Source: Gemmatimonadota bacterium
Lineage (GTDB): Bacteria > Gemmatimonadota > Gemmatimonadetes > Gemmatimonadales > GWC2-71-9
NCBI GenBank assembly: GCA_040002695.1
Contig: JBDUEA010000002.1
Location: forward strand, 1-50,357
Direction: 5' to 3'
Length of the DNA stretch: 50,357 nucleotides
Position numbers and translations under genes: made by a program. The notes beneath the pieces were generated by a model. The model searched no databases. It was given only the letters and a program-made list of their open reading frames with translations, and was not told the origin of the DNA. Position 1 is the stretch's first letter, and every line of letters starts with the position of its first letter. Of this stretch, positions 16,952-26,526 are shown piece after piece.

Positions 16952-18751
16952 CTAGCGAAGGCCCAGGCGTCTTCTAGTGAGCCACTCGCCCGAAAGCGCC
17001 GCCACACATATGCCGAAGAGCCAGATCCACTGCCGCGCGTTGGTACGAGCAAACGACGGGCGTTGAGCCGCGGGGTGATCCGCGAGAACCACGGGACGTG
17101 GGAGCCATTCATCGGAATATTCCTCCACGGCGATCGTCCCCGACCCGCCGCCTTCCAGCCGATAGCGATACCGCCCCACTGGGAGCCGAAGCTGCGCACG
17201 GCCGGCGCCATCGAAACGCAGGGTGTCTTCCAGGCTGGTCTTCTCGGCATCGAGGACGATCCGGAGCGGTGTCGCGGGACTTGACGCCACCCACTCGAAT
17301 GTCACTGGACGGCTGTTCTGCACCACCTCACGCACCGGGCGCGCGCGACCGCTGACGGTATCCGCTCCACCGAGGAGCCAGGTGGTTGTCGATGCCACGA
17401 GCGAGCGGTACGCCTGCTCGCTGCTTCCACCGCGAAACGCCCATCGCCACAATCCATCCGCTGCCACCGTGACGCGGCGAGTCACCGCCGAATCGCGCCC
17501 CGTCATGACCGGACGCCCAACGCCACGCCGTCCCTCCTGCGCCGTCAACCCGACCCAGTCGCGTGCGCCGGGTTCGATGGGCGTGATCTGTATGGCAGGC
17601 GGAAAGGAATCCATCGGCGCCCCCGTGAACGCTCCCGCCACCGGACTCGCGCTCCCGGCCGACAGATACCAGTCGCCTGCGATGAGCGTCTCCCCCGATT
17701 CTCCACTCGGCCATGACCATACGCCTCGGGCCCGGCTGCCGCGCAGCATTTCCGGCGCGGATCCCTTGATGACGAGCATATCGGCCCGCTGTGCCGCCTG
17801 TCGTACCTCATCCGCCGGCACGACCGACAGGTCGTCCATCCGGCGCCAGCGACCATTCTCCACGCGAACGTAGCCCCGGACCGGAAGCTGTGCGACGTCC
17901 TTGAGGGTCCGGTACAGAAACCGGCTGTCCCAGTCGGCGGGACTCGCGAGGAGCACGACACCAGGCGTGGCCGTCACCGTCACGAGCAGCAGGCGCGCGT
18001 CGTCGCGCGGTTCGCCGTCGGGCCGACCGGCGAGCTGGGCGCGGAGCAGGTGTTCACCCGCGGGAAGCGCCCGCGTCGGCAGCGTCGCGCGGAAGGAGGC
18101 AGCGCCGCCCTTGAGCGTCACCTTGCGGGTGAGCAGCGTCGCCTGCTCCGAACGGATCTCGACTTTCACAGTATCAGTTCCGGAATCGCCGTAGGCGCGA
18201 AGCTGCACCTCGATGGCCAGCGAATCGCCGGCAGTGACGCGCGCCGGGCCATCAAACTGCGTCACCGCCACGTCGCGCAGAGTCTGCCGGGGAAAGAGGT
18301 GCACGCCCGCACGCGCGATGAGGTCCGCGGGAAGGTCGGGGCCGTCCTCGATTTCTCCATCACTCACGACGAGTACGGGCCGGTCTCCCGCGAGTGCGGC
18401 GACGAGTGACGGCGCGAGCAGCGAGCGTCCGCGATCCGGCGTGGTATCGCCCTGTGATCGCTCGTCACCGAAGGTCCGGATTTCCCCCCACTGTCCCGCG
18501 GAATCCTTCGCCTCGCGCCAGCGTCCGGCGGCGCCGGCCAGACTGAGACTGCCGTCGAGCAGCACGAGGGGTCGTGCGAGTGCCGGCCCCGGAGCCGGAC
18601 AGCTCACGTTGAGCAGCAGGAGCCCCAGCGTGGCCCACGCAATCGCCCGAAAGATGAAAGGAACCAGCGCCCGAGTGCCCAGGTGCTCGAGGCGCCAGTA
18701 GGTGAAGGCGGATGCCACCACGGCCAGCAGAACGACGAGTGCGATCGCCAT
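16952..18751 (-). CDS. Hypothetical membrane-anchored protein (N-terminal double TM, C-terminal TM anchor; Bat/aerotolerance-like architecture)
   Basis: 599 aa. There are two N-terminal hydrophobic helices, a large soluble middle region and a C-terminal WIWLFGICVAALSGEWLTRRRLGL anchor. The functional assignment rests on architecture only. Confidence 0.5.
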   Translation of the reverse strand: MAIALVVLLAVVASAFTYWRLEHLGTRALVPFIFRAIAWATLGLLLLNVSCPAPGPALARPLVLLDGSLSLAGAAGRWREAKDSAGQWGEIRTFGDERSQGDTTPDRGRSLLAPSLVAALAGDRPVLVVSDGEIEDGPDLPADLIARAGVHLFPRQTLRDVAVTQFDGPARVTAGDSLAIEVQLRAYGDSGTDTVKVEIRSEQATLLTRKVTLKGGAASFRATLPTRALPAGEHLLRAQLAGRPDGEPRDDARLLLVTVTATPGVVLLASPADWDSRFLYRTLKDVAQLPVRGYVRVENGRWRRMDDLSVVPADEVRQAAQRADMLVIKGSAPEMLRGSRARGVWSWPSGESGETLIAGDWYLSAGSASPVAGAFTGAPMDSFPPAIQITPIEPGARDWVGLTAQEGRRGVGRPVMTGRDSAVTRRVTVAADGLWRWAFRGGSSEQAYRSLVASTTTWLLGGADTVSGRARPVREVVQNSRPVTFEWVASSPATPLRIVLDAEKTSLEDTLRFDGAGRAQLRLPVGRYRYRLEGGGSGTIAVEEYSDEWLPRPVVLADHPAAQRPSFARTNARQWIWLFGICVAALSGEWLTRRRLGLR

Positions 18752-18870
18752 GGTGGTGTAGCGTCAATCCTGGCGGGAGGAAGCAGTCGAGAACAATCCC
18801 CGTCCGTACGGCGGACGGGCGGGTCCGGCAACCATACGGCCCAGCTCCTCGCCGGATTCGGCGGAGCCAC

Positions 18871-19584
18871 TCAGGCGCATGCGAGCGCCTCGGCGAGCGT
18901 CAGCCGTCCCTCGTAGAGCGCACGACCGATGATGACGCCGGAGAGGCCTGCGGCGCGCACGGCACGGACGTCGGCGGCGCCAGAGATGCCGCCGCTGGCG
19001 ATCACGCGGGCGCCGAGGGCCTGGAGCTGCACGGCTCCGTCGATGTCGGGTCCGGTGAGCATGCCGTCCCGGGTCACGTCGGTATAGATGATCGTCTCAA
19101 CGCCCGCATCGATCACTCTGCGGGCCACGTCACTAACGAGCTCGTCGCTGGTTTCGATCCATCCCCTGATCGCGAGCTTCCCCGCCCTGGCGTCGAGTCC
19201 GACGGCCACGCGCGCTTTGCCGAATTCCCTGACGATCGGTGCGACAAGGCCGGGTGCCGTTACCGCCGCGGTGCCGATGACCACCCGCGCGATCGGAAGC
19301 CGCAGCGCCGACCGGGCACTCTCTGCCGACCGGATCCCCCCACTCACTTCGATGCGCACTGTGGCTCCAACCGCCTCCGCGATGCGGCGGATGAGGACGG
19401 AATTCTCGCCGTCACCGAAGGCGCGATCGAGATCGACCACGTGCAGCCACGCGGCACCGTCGGCTGCAAACCGCTCCGCCTGCGCGACGGGGTCGGTCTC
19501 ATACGCGGTCGAGCGTGCGGCTTCACCCTGGCTGAGCCGAACGACGTGTCCACGGCGTATATCGATGGCGGGAAGGATGTCCAC
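18871..19584 (-). CDS. hisA: 1-(5-phosphoribosyl)-5-[(5-phosphoribosylamino)methylideneamino]imidazole-4-carboxamide isomerase (HisA or PriA-type)
   Basis: GTG start giving (M)DILPAIDIRRGHVVRL, with VSGGIRS and ASGGISG phosphate-binding motifs. The 301-aa ORF extension is Pro/Ser/Arg-rich and overlaps the upstream gene, so I rejected it. Confidence 0.85.
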   Translation of the reverse strand: MDILPAIDIRRGHVVRLSQGEAARSTAYETDPVAQAERFAADGAAWLHVVDLDRAFGDGENSVLIRRIAEAVGATVRIEVSGGIRSAESARSALRLPIARVVIGTAAVTAPGLVAPIVREFGKARVAVGLDARAGKLAIRGWIETSDELVSDVARRVIDAGVETIIYTDVTRDGMLTGPDIDGAVQLQALGARVIASGGISGAADVRAVRAAGLSGVIIGRALYEGRLTLAEALACA

Positions 19585-19618
19585 AGCGGCCGTGCGAGGT
19601 AGGGCGAGCGGCGGGCGC

Positions 19619-20881
19619 TCAGTCGTGCGCGCCGGCCGTCGCCACGGCCCGGGCTGCGGGATGGCTGAGCAGGGCGAGGTAATGATTGCGCTCGCGCTCG
19701 AACAGTGAGCGGTCACGTGACGGGATCGGATCGCCGTTGCCGGCGTCCACGGTGCGGGCATCGCGGGCGACACCATTCACACGAAATTCATAGTGCAGGT
19801 GGGGGCCGGTCGCGAGGCCGGTGGATCCAACGAATCCGATCACCTGGCCCTGCGTGACAAAGGCGCCGGAGCGAACGCCCTTTGCAAAGGCGCGGAGGTG
19901 ACCATACCGGGTGGTGATCCCGTTCCGGTGCCGGAGCTCAATGAGATTGCCGTACCCGCCCGCAACTCCGGCGCGAAGTACGGTGCCGTCTCCAGCCGCC
20001 ATCACCGGAGTGCCAGGCGCGGCCGCGTAATCAGTGCCTTCGTGCTTGCGGGTCGTGCCGAGGATCGGGTGGAGGCGGGCGGTGCTGAAACCTGAGGAGA
20101 TGCGCCGGAATTCAACGGGCGCGCGGAGGAAGGCTCGTCGGAGCGAAGTTCCCTGTGCGTCGTAATACGCCGCGTGGCCGGCTTCTTCGTTGTAGCGGAA
20201 GGCGCTCAGCTCCCGTCCCCCGACTTGGAGGCTTGCGGCGAGCACGTGACCGAAACGGACTTCTCCTTCGGAGGAAATGAGCCGTTCCACCAGCACAACG
20301 AAGTGATCGCCAGGATGAATATCCCGGGTGAAATCGAGCTGCCAGGCGTAGACGTCCGCGAGATCCCACGCGAGACGGACTCGCTCGACGGCGCCGAGGG
20401 TCGCGTCGCTGACCTGTTCATCAAGCGACTGGTAGAGCGAATTGTCGACCCGGCCCTCGAGACGGATGACCTCGGGTGACCAGATGATCGGTTGCGCGAC
20501 CGCCGTCCAGCCCTCGGGCATGCGGTCGAGGCGAACGAGCTGATCCGGTCCGGTGCGCACCAGTACGCGTGAGGGAATCGAGTCCTTGATGGCGCGCAGG
20601 AAGTTGAAAACCATTCCCGCGCGAAGCCTTCTCGGATCCAGCGCGAGTCCGTGCGAGAGTGCCGGAATCGTGAGGCCGTGGAGTCCTTGCCGGGCGAAGA
20701 GATCGGAGAGAGTCTCGCCGCGGCGGAGCGTATCGGAGATCTGCGAGAAGCGGGTCGCGGTATCCGGCGTCACGGCAAAGGTGCGCACGGTGAGCCGATG
20801 CCAGGGCCAGACGCCGCGCACCGCGAAGACGGTGGCGGCGCCGAGGATCAGAATGGCAGCGAGCGCGCGTGCGAACCGCAT
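19619..20881 (-). CDS. M23-family peptidoglycan DD-metalloendopeptidase (MepM/YebA-like), membrane-anchored
   Basis: N-terminal TM ALAAILILGAATVFAV. M23 zinc motifs HEGTDYAA and GSTGLATGPHLHYEFRVNG. Its start shares 1 nt with the ftsZ stop (TAATG). Confidence 0.85.
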   Translation of the reverse strand: MRFARALAAILILGAATVFAVRGVWPWHRLTVRTFAVTPDTATRFSQISDTLRRGETLSDLFARQGLHGLTIPALSHGLALDPRRLRAGMVFNFLRAIKDSIPSRVLVRTGPDQLVRLDRMPEGWTAVAQPIIWSPEVIRLEGRVDNSLYQSLDEQVSDATLGAVERVRLAWDLADVYAWQLDFTRDIHPGDHFVVLVERLISSEGEVRFGHVLAASLQVGGRELSAFRYNEEAGHAAYYDAQGTSLRRAFLRAPVEFRRISSGFSTARLHPILGTTRKHEGTDYAAAPGTPVMAAGDGTVLRAGVAGGYGNLIELRHRNGITTRYGHLRAFAKGVRSGAFVTQGQVIGFVGSTGLATGPHLHYEFRVNGVARDARTVDAGNGDPIPSRDRSLFERERNHYLALLSHPAARAVATAGAHD

Positions 20882-22041
20882 TAGTCCATCTGCCTGCGAA
20901 TAAATGTTGGGATTTCCATCTCGGGCACGTCGGCCGCGCCGCCGGGACCGCGCTTGGGCTCGGTGCGTGGCGTCGAAGGCTGGATGATCGGCGGCGGCGT
21001 GCTGGGCCGCTTCTGCGCGGGAAAGCTGAGCACTCCGGCGCCCGGCATCGAGGAGGAGCGCAGCGGCACTTCGGGAGTAACGGCCCGGTCGAATCCCGTC
21101 GCGATCACGGTCACCCGCACCTCGCCCTGCATGGAAGGATCGGTCGCGGCGCCGAAGATGATCTCCGCATCGTCCCCAACCGCGTCGTGAATGATGTCGT
21201 TGATGTGCGTGGTCTCACCGAGCGTGAGATCCTCGCCGCCGGTGATGTTGATCAGCACACCAGTGGCGCCGGCGATCGACACGTTGTCGAGGAGTGGGCT
21301 GGAGATCGCCTGCTGCGCCGCTTCGAGCGCCCGATTCTCGCCGCGGCCGATACCGGTCCCCATGAGCGCGGCTCCGCCATTCTGCATGATGGTGCGGACG
21401 TCCGCGAAGTCGACGTTGATGATGCCGGTGGAAGTGATCAGGCTGGCGATGCCCTGCGTGGCGTGGAGCAGAACTTCATCCGCCTTCTTGAGCGAGTCCT
21501 GGAAGGGAATGCCCTTCCCGACGACGGCGAGCAGGCGTTCGTTCGGGACTACGATCATGGTATCGACGTTCTTGCGCATCTCGGCGATGCCCATGTCGGC
21601 CTGCTTCATTCGCTTCCTGCCCTCGAAGAGGAAGGGCTTGGTCACGATGCCGACGGTGAGTGCTCCTCCGTCACGCGCCATTCCCGCGATGATCGGCGCC
21701 GCTCCGGTTCCGGTGCCGCCGCCCATGCCGCAGGTGATGAACACGAGGTCGGCGCCATGGATGGCCTGCATGACCTCGTCCCGGTTTTCCTCGATGGCCT
21801 GCCGCCCGATCTCGGGGCGGGCTCCGGCGCCGAGTCCGCGCGTCAGTTTCCGTCCGATCTGGATCTTGATGTCCGACTTCGAGGCGGATAGCGCCTGGGC
21901 GTCGGTATTGACCGAGATGAACTCGACGCCGCCCAGCTGTTCCTGGATCATGCGGTTCACGGCGTTGCCGCCGCCACCGCCGACGCCGACGACCTTCATC
22001 CGGGCGTTTTGCGCCCCGGTCTCTTCCAGTTCGAAGATCAT
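20881..22041 (-). CDS. ftsZ: Cell division protein FtsZ
   Basis: Tubulin signature GGGTGTGAAP in CGMGGGTGTGAAPIIA, with VGVGGGGGNAVN near the N-terminus. The conserved C-terminal peptide is EIPTFIRRQ. Confidence 0.97.
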   Translation of the reverse strand: MIFELEETGAQNARMKVVGVGGGGGNAVNRMIQEQLGGVEFISVNTDAQALSASKSDIKIQIGRKLTRGLGAGARPEIGRQAIEENRDEVMQAIHGADLVFITCGMGGGTGTGAAPIIAGMARDGGALTVGIVTKPFLFEGRKRMKQADMGIAEMRKNVDTMIVVPNERLLAVVGKGIPFQDSLKKADEVLLHATQGIASLITSTGIINVDFADVRTIMQNGGAALMGTGIGRGENRALEAAQQAISSPLLDNVSIAGATGVLINITGGEDLTLGETTHINDIIHDAVGDDAEIIFGAATDPSMQGEVRVTVIATGFDRAVTPEVPLRSSSMPGAGVLSFPAQKRPSTPPPIIQPSTPRTEPKRGPGGAADVPEMEIPTFIRRQMD

Positions 22042-22063
22042 GGGTTGTCCTCTCCGGACCGAC

Positions 22064-23317
22064 TCAGAAGAAGTCCTGAAGCCATCGTTTCACCGGTTCG
22101 ACCCACTTGCCCATCGCCTGCGTCTTGCGCCCTCCGGACCCGAACGCGCTGCCCAGCGCGAGCTGCCGCGCGCCATACAATACGAGTCCCGCTGCCACCG
22201 CGTGCCGCGGAGTTTCCACGCTGTCCGCGAGCCCGGAGAGTCCCTGCCCCGGTCGGCCGATCCGGACCGGCATCGCGAAGACTTCGCGCGCGAGCTCCGT
22301 GATGCCAGGCACCTGCGCTCCACCACCGGTGAGAATCACGCCCGCGGGCAGTCGCTGGTGATACCCGGCGCGGGTGATCTCATCCAGCGCGAACTCCATC
22401 ACTTCCTGCAGTCGCATGTGCATGATATGGGCGATCACGCGGCGATGCGCGTTCCGGGTTCCCTGCCCCGGAGTGCTCGGCAGCTCGACGATATCGGACT
22501 CGGGCACCAGCGGCTCGTACGCCGCGCCGTGCCTCTCCTTCAGACGTTCGGCATCCTGCTGGGTAACCTGAAGTCCGTGAACGATGTCGGTCGTCACGTG
22601 GCCGCCGGCACAGAGCAATGACCCGGTGTGCCGGATCTTGCCGTTGTGGAAGATAGCCACGTTGGTCGATCCGCCGCCCAGCTCGACGATGGCGCAGCCG
22701 AGTTCGCGCTCATCCGGTGTCAGGACCGCAAGCGACGCCGCCAGCGGCTCGAGCACGAACTCACCGACGTGGTATCCCGCCCGCTCGACGCATTTCCGAA
22801 GATTCTGCAGTGCGCTCGACAGCACGGTCACCAGATAGACCTCGGCCTCGAGCCGTGTCCCGGTCATGCCGATCGGCTCACTGATGCCCGACTGCTGGTC
22901 GATCAGGTAGTCCTGCGGAATCGCGTGGAGCAACTCGTGATCCCGGCCGAACGAAATGTTGCTCGCCATGTCGTTGACGCGCGCGACATCGCTGGTGCGG
23001 ATTTCGTCGCCGGTGACCGAGACCATCCCATGAGAGCTCCTGCCAGCGACGTGCTCCCCTGCGATGCCGCAGTAGAGCGTCCCGACCTCGACTCCGGCCA
23101 TCCGCTCCGCGTTCTGCATCGCCTTGGTGATCGCCCGCGTGGTTTCCTCGATGTCCCGGACCACGCCTCGGCGGATGCCGCTGCTGCGCTCGGTGCCGAC
23201 ACCGAGCACCCGCGCGATCGGGGCCCGCGAGTCTCCCGTCACCTCGGCGATGACGGCGTTCACGCGCGTCGAGCCCAGGTCGAGTGCGGCGACCAGGCGC
23301 TGCGGGGCCACGCTCAT
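22064..23317 (-). CDS. ftsA: Cell division protein FtsA
   Basis: Actin/HSP70-fold motifs ALDLGSTRV, VELGGGSTNV and VILTGGGAQVPG. C-terminal amphipathic helix WVEPVKRWLQDFF. Confidence 0.95.
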   Translation of the reverse strand: MSVAPQRLVAALDLGSTRVNAVIAEVTGDSRAPIARVLGVGTERSSGIRRGVVRDIEETTRAITKAMQNAERMAGVEVGTLYCGIAGEHVAGRSSHGMVSVTGDEIRTSDVARVNDMASNISFGRDHELLHAIPQDYLIDQQSGISEPIGMTGTRLEAEVYLVTVLSSALQNLRKCVERAGYHVGEFVLEPLAASLAVLTPDERELGCAIVELGGGSTNVAIFHNGKIRHTGSLLCAGGHVTTDIVHGLQVTQQDAERLKERHGAAYEPLVPESDIVELPSTPGQGTRNAHRRVIAHIMHMRLQEVMEFALDEITRAGYHQRLPAGVILTGGGAQVPGITELAREVFAMPVRIGRPGQGLSGLADSVETPRHAVAAGLVLYGARQLALGSAFGSGGRKTQAMGKWVEPVKRWLQDFF

Positions 23318-24003
23318 GCGCCCCCCCGGCGGACGATCACCTGGCCCGCGAAACGGCCATCCAGTTCATCATTCCGATGTCCCCTGCGGATCCGGTCCTG
23401 AGAGACGATCATAACCGCCCGTATGGCTTCCGCCGCCGCGTCGGGGCGCAACCGAAAACGCTGCCCGTCCGCATTCAGCACGATGTCATCCTGCACCCGC
23501 CACGCCGTCGAGACGCGGCTGAAGAGAGTCGGCTCGACGCTCCGCACGCGCGCCAGGAGCCCCGTGACCAGCGAATCCGGCTCCCGCGCCACCGGAAGAT
23601 CCGGTGGATCCAGCGTCGGATCGAAGGGGAGAATTCTCCCTGATTGATCCTCGAGCCGAAGCAGCAGTCCCTGCGGAACGAGCGCGATGGGCTCCGTCTC
23701 CTGCAGCGTGATCCGGAGTGTCCCCGGCCACCGGCGGACTACCGTCGCCTCATGAATGCCCGGCAGCGCCCGCGCCCTTCGCTCGATTGCGCTCGCATCG
23801 TCGAAGACACTTATGCGCTGCGGAATCTTGAGAGCGCGCAGCACCTCCTCGGCGTGCAGGTGCTCGAGTCCCACGAGTTCGACCCGGCGGATGCGGAAGA
23901 ATGACATCTGCCGAAGCAGCCTCGGCATCCCGAACCAGATCGTCGCTCCGAGTGCCAGAGCACCGAGGACGTACCAGCCCTTCTTCAGGCGGAACGAAGG
24001 CAC
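23314..24003 (-). CDS. ftsQ: Cell division protein FtsQ (POTRA domain)
   Basis: Single N-terminal TM WYVLGALALGATIWF followed by a POTRA region (FRIRRVELVGLEHLHAEEVLRAL). It sits between murC and ftsA. Confidence 0.8.
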   Translation of the reverse strand: MPSFRLKKGWYVLGALALGATIWFGMPRLLRQMSFFRIRRVELVGLEHLHAEEVLRALKIPQRISVFDDASAIERRARALPGIHEATVVRRWPGTLRITLQETEPIALVPQGLLLRLEDQSGRILPFDPTLDPPDLPVAREPDSLVTGLLARVRSVEPTLFSRVSTAWRVQDDIVLNADGQRFRLRPDAAAEAIRAVMIVSQDRIRRGHRNDELDGRFAGQVIVRRGGA

Positions 24004-25385
24004 TCGAACAGCTCCCGGCTTACTCGAGTGATGTCTCCCGCACCGAGCGTGATGACGATGTCCCCGGGAAGAAGGCTGGCCAGTACTCGACGGGTAACAG
24101 CACTCCGGTCAGGTTCGAAGATGGTCTCGGCGCCGGCCCGTCGGGCGGCTTCCGCGACGCGCTCTCCGCTCACGCCGGGAATCGGCTGCTCGCGCGCGCC
24201 ATAGACCTCGGTGACGAACACCAGATCCGCGGCGGCGAGTTCCCGGCCCATTGCTTCACCGTGCGTCTCGGTCCGCGAATAGAGATGCGGCTGAAAGACC
24301 GCGACCAGCCGTTGCCCGGGAAACGCCTGTCGTGCCGCGGAGAGCGTTGCCGCCAGTTCCGACGGGTGGTGAGCATAATCGTCGACGATGTCGATTCCGC
24401 CCGACTTTCCGAGCCGTTCGAAGCGTCGGCCGAGCCCACCGTACCTGGCCAGTGCCTCGAGGGCGGGTTCCAGTGCTCCACCGAGGGCGAGGACGGCGCC
24501 GACGGCCGCGGTCGCGTTTCGGAGGTTGTGCAGGCCGGGAACCCGAAGCGCGAGGGTGATTCGGTGTCCGTCGGGAAGAACCAGCGTCGAACGGCTTCCG
24601 TCTTTCCCCTGCTCGATCTCGGTGAGACGGAGATCCGCTTCACCGGTTCCGAAGCGCCACACTGGGACTGACAGGCGCCTGGCGACACGCGCCGCTCCTG
24701 CATCATTCGCGCCGATGATCACCCGCTCCGCGCGATTCGCGAACGTGACGAACGCGGTCTCCAGTGCCTCGAGCGAACCGTAGCATTCGAGGTGATCCGC
24801 TTCCACGTTGTTCACGATCGCGATCGACGGCGTGAGCGCGAGAAATGCCTGGTCGTATTCGTCCGATTCGACCACGAACAGCTTATTGCCGCCGAGCCGG
24901 GCGTTGCCTCCCCAGGCCTCGACCCTGCCGCCGGCGACGCCGGTCGGGTCGAGGTCGGCCGCGATGAGAGCCTCGGTCGTCATGACCGTCGTCGTGGACT
25001 TGCCGTGGGTCCCCGAGACGCCGACAACTTTCCCCGCGGAAACGAGTTGGGCCAGCGCCTGCTTCCGAGGCACTACCGGGACGCCGAGGGCGCGAGCCCG
25101 CTCCAGTTCGGCGTGGTGCGGTGGAACCGCGGCGGTTACGACGACCGCCCGGGCGCCTTCCACATGCGCAGGATCATGTCCGGGATGCACCACGGCTCCG
25201 AGTGCAGCGACATCCGCGGCACCGCTCGGTTCCGGATCGCAGCCGGTAACGGGCACTCCCTGACGGCGCGCGATGAGGGCCAGGGCACTCATCCCTGCGC
25301 CAGCGATTCCCATGAAGTGAACGGGACGCGGATCGGAAGGGGCGAACAGGTCCATCGTCGGTGAGCTAATGTAAGATGCCTCCAA
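23985..25385 (-). CDS. murC: UDP-N-acetylmuramate--L-alanine ligase
   Basis: HFMGIAGAGMSALA Rossmann motif and Mur-ligase P-loop GTHGKSTTT. 466 aa; an alternative ATG lies at 25355. Confidence 0.93.
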   Translation of the reverse strand: MEASYISSPTMDLFAPSDPRPVHFMGIAGAGMSALALIARRQGVPVTGCDPEPSGAADVAALGAVVHPGHDPAHVEGARAVVVTAAVPPHHAELERARALGVPVVPRKQALAQLVSAGKVVGVSGTHGKSTTTVMTTEALIAADLDPTGVAGGRVEAWGGNARLGGNKLFVVESDEYDQAFLALTPSIAIVNNVEADHLECYGSLEALETAFVTFANRAERVIIGANDAGAARVARRLSVPVWRFGTGEADLRLTEIEQGKDGSRSTLVLPDGHRITLALRVPGLHNLRNATAAVGAVLALGGALEPALEALARYGGLGRRFERLGKSGGIDIVDDYAHHPSELAATLSAARQAFPGQRLVAVFQPHLYSRTETHGEAMGRELAAADLVFVTEVYGAREQPIPGVSGERVAEAARRAGAETIFEPDRSAVTRRVLASLLPGDIVITLGAGDITRVSRELFECLRSA

Positions 25386-25404
25386 TAGTTGCGAAAGAGC
25401 GAGT

Positions 25405-26526
25405 TCAGCGTGCGAGCGTCAAAAGACGCGACACTATCTCCGTTACGGCGTACGGTTTCCCGCGACTCCTGGCGGCCTCGGCCATTCGTCGCCTTCGCTC
25501 TCCATCCGCCATCAGCTCCAGGACCGTCCGGCCGAGCCGCTCTGGCGAGAGTTCGGACTGGAGCAGCAACTCAGCGGCGCCTGCCGCCTGAAGGGCTCGT
25601 CCGTTGTACGTCTGATGATCCGCTGCGGCGGAGGGGAGCGGAATCAGTACGCTCGGCAGGCCCCACGCGCAGAGCTCGGCGCCGGTCATCATGCCGGCGC
25701 GCGCCACGACCAGGTCCGCGACAGCGTAGCCATCCGCCATCGGATCGAGAAAATCAAAGACCTGGACACCCGGCGGACGATGATGCCGTGAGAAACGGGC
25801 GTAGCTTCCCTTCCCGGTCGCCCACAGCACGACCAGTCCGTCTACGCCTCTGTCCAGCCATTCGGAGACCGTCTGGTTGATGGCAAGAGCGCCCTGGCTT
25901 CCGCCGGTCACGAGGAGGACCGGAGTCTCATCCGTCAGGCCGAAACGCTTTCGCGCCGCATTCCGGCGTGAATGGTCCGGCGGCGTGATCGGATTGCCGG
26001 TGTCAAAGACCGTCGTCTCGCGGCCGAAATGCAGTCGGGCCCGCGCTTCAGGCAGACCGAGGTAAACCTCGCGCACCACTCGACTGAGTCGCCGCGTCGC
26101 GAGCCCCGGAAACGCGTTCTGTTCCTGGATCGCGGTCGGAATGCCGCGGCGGGCCGCGAGCCACACTACAGGCGCGGAGGCGTAGCCTCCAGTGCCCACA
26201 ACCGCGGCCGGCCGCTCCTGGTCGAGCAGGCGGTTGATGTCGCGAACTACCCTGAGAGCCAGGATCGGCCAGCGCGCATTCTTCCACCACTGCCGCCGAT
26301 AAATCGGTTCGAGCGGCAGCAGCTGAAAACGAAAATTGCGGGTCGGCAGCAGTGACGCTTCGATGCCGCGCAACGCTCCGACCAGCACCGGTTCGAACGC
26401 CGGCGCCTGTTCCCGTAACGCGTTCGCGATGGCGAGGGCCGGTATCAGGTGCCCGCCGGTTCCGCCGCCCGCGATGAGAATGGTCCGATGCTCGGCTGGA
26501 TCGCGTCGCTCGACCACCGCGTTCAC
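25405..26526 (-). CDS. murG: Undecaprenyldiphospho-muramoylpentapeptide beta-N-acetylglucosaminyltransferase
   Basis: IAGGGTGGHLIPALA N-terminal motif and a GT28 architecture. 373 aa. Confidence 0.93.
   Translation of the reverse strand: MNAVVERRDPAEHRTILIAGGGTGGHLIPALAIANALREQAPAFEPVLVGALRGIEASLLPTRNFRFQLLPLEPIYRRQWWKNARWPILALRVVRDINRLLDQERPAAVVGTGGYASAPVVWLAARRGIPTAIQEQNAFPGLATRRLSRVVREVYLGLPEARARLHFGRETTVFDTGNPITPPDHSRRNAARKRFGLTDETPVLLVTGGSQGALAINQTVSEWLDRGVDGLVVLWATGKGSYARFSRHHRPPGVQVFDFLDPMADGYAVADLVVARAGMMTGAELCAWGLPSVLIPLPSAAADHQTYNGRALQAAGAAELLLQSELSPERLGRTVLELMADGERRRRMAEAARSRGKPYAVTEIVSRLLTLAR

Noticed and set aside
21191-22621. A 476-aa plus-strand ORF spanning the ftsZ/ftsA junction.
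   Set aside because: It is antisense to two canonical division genes, crosses their intergenic gap and carries no motifs. This is a high-GC artefact.
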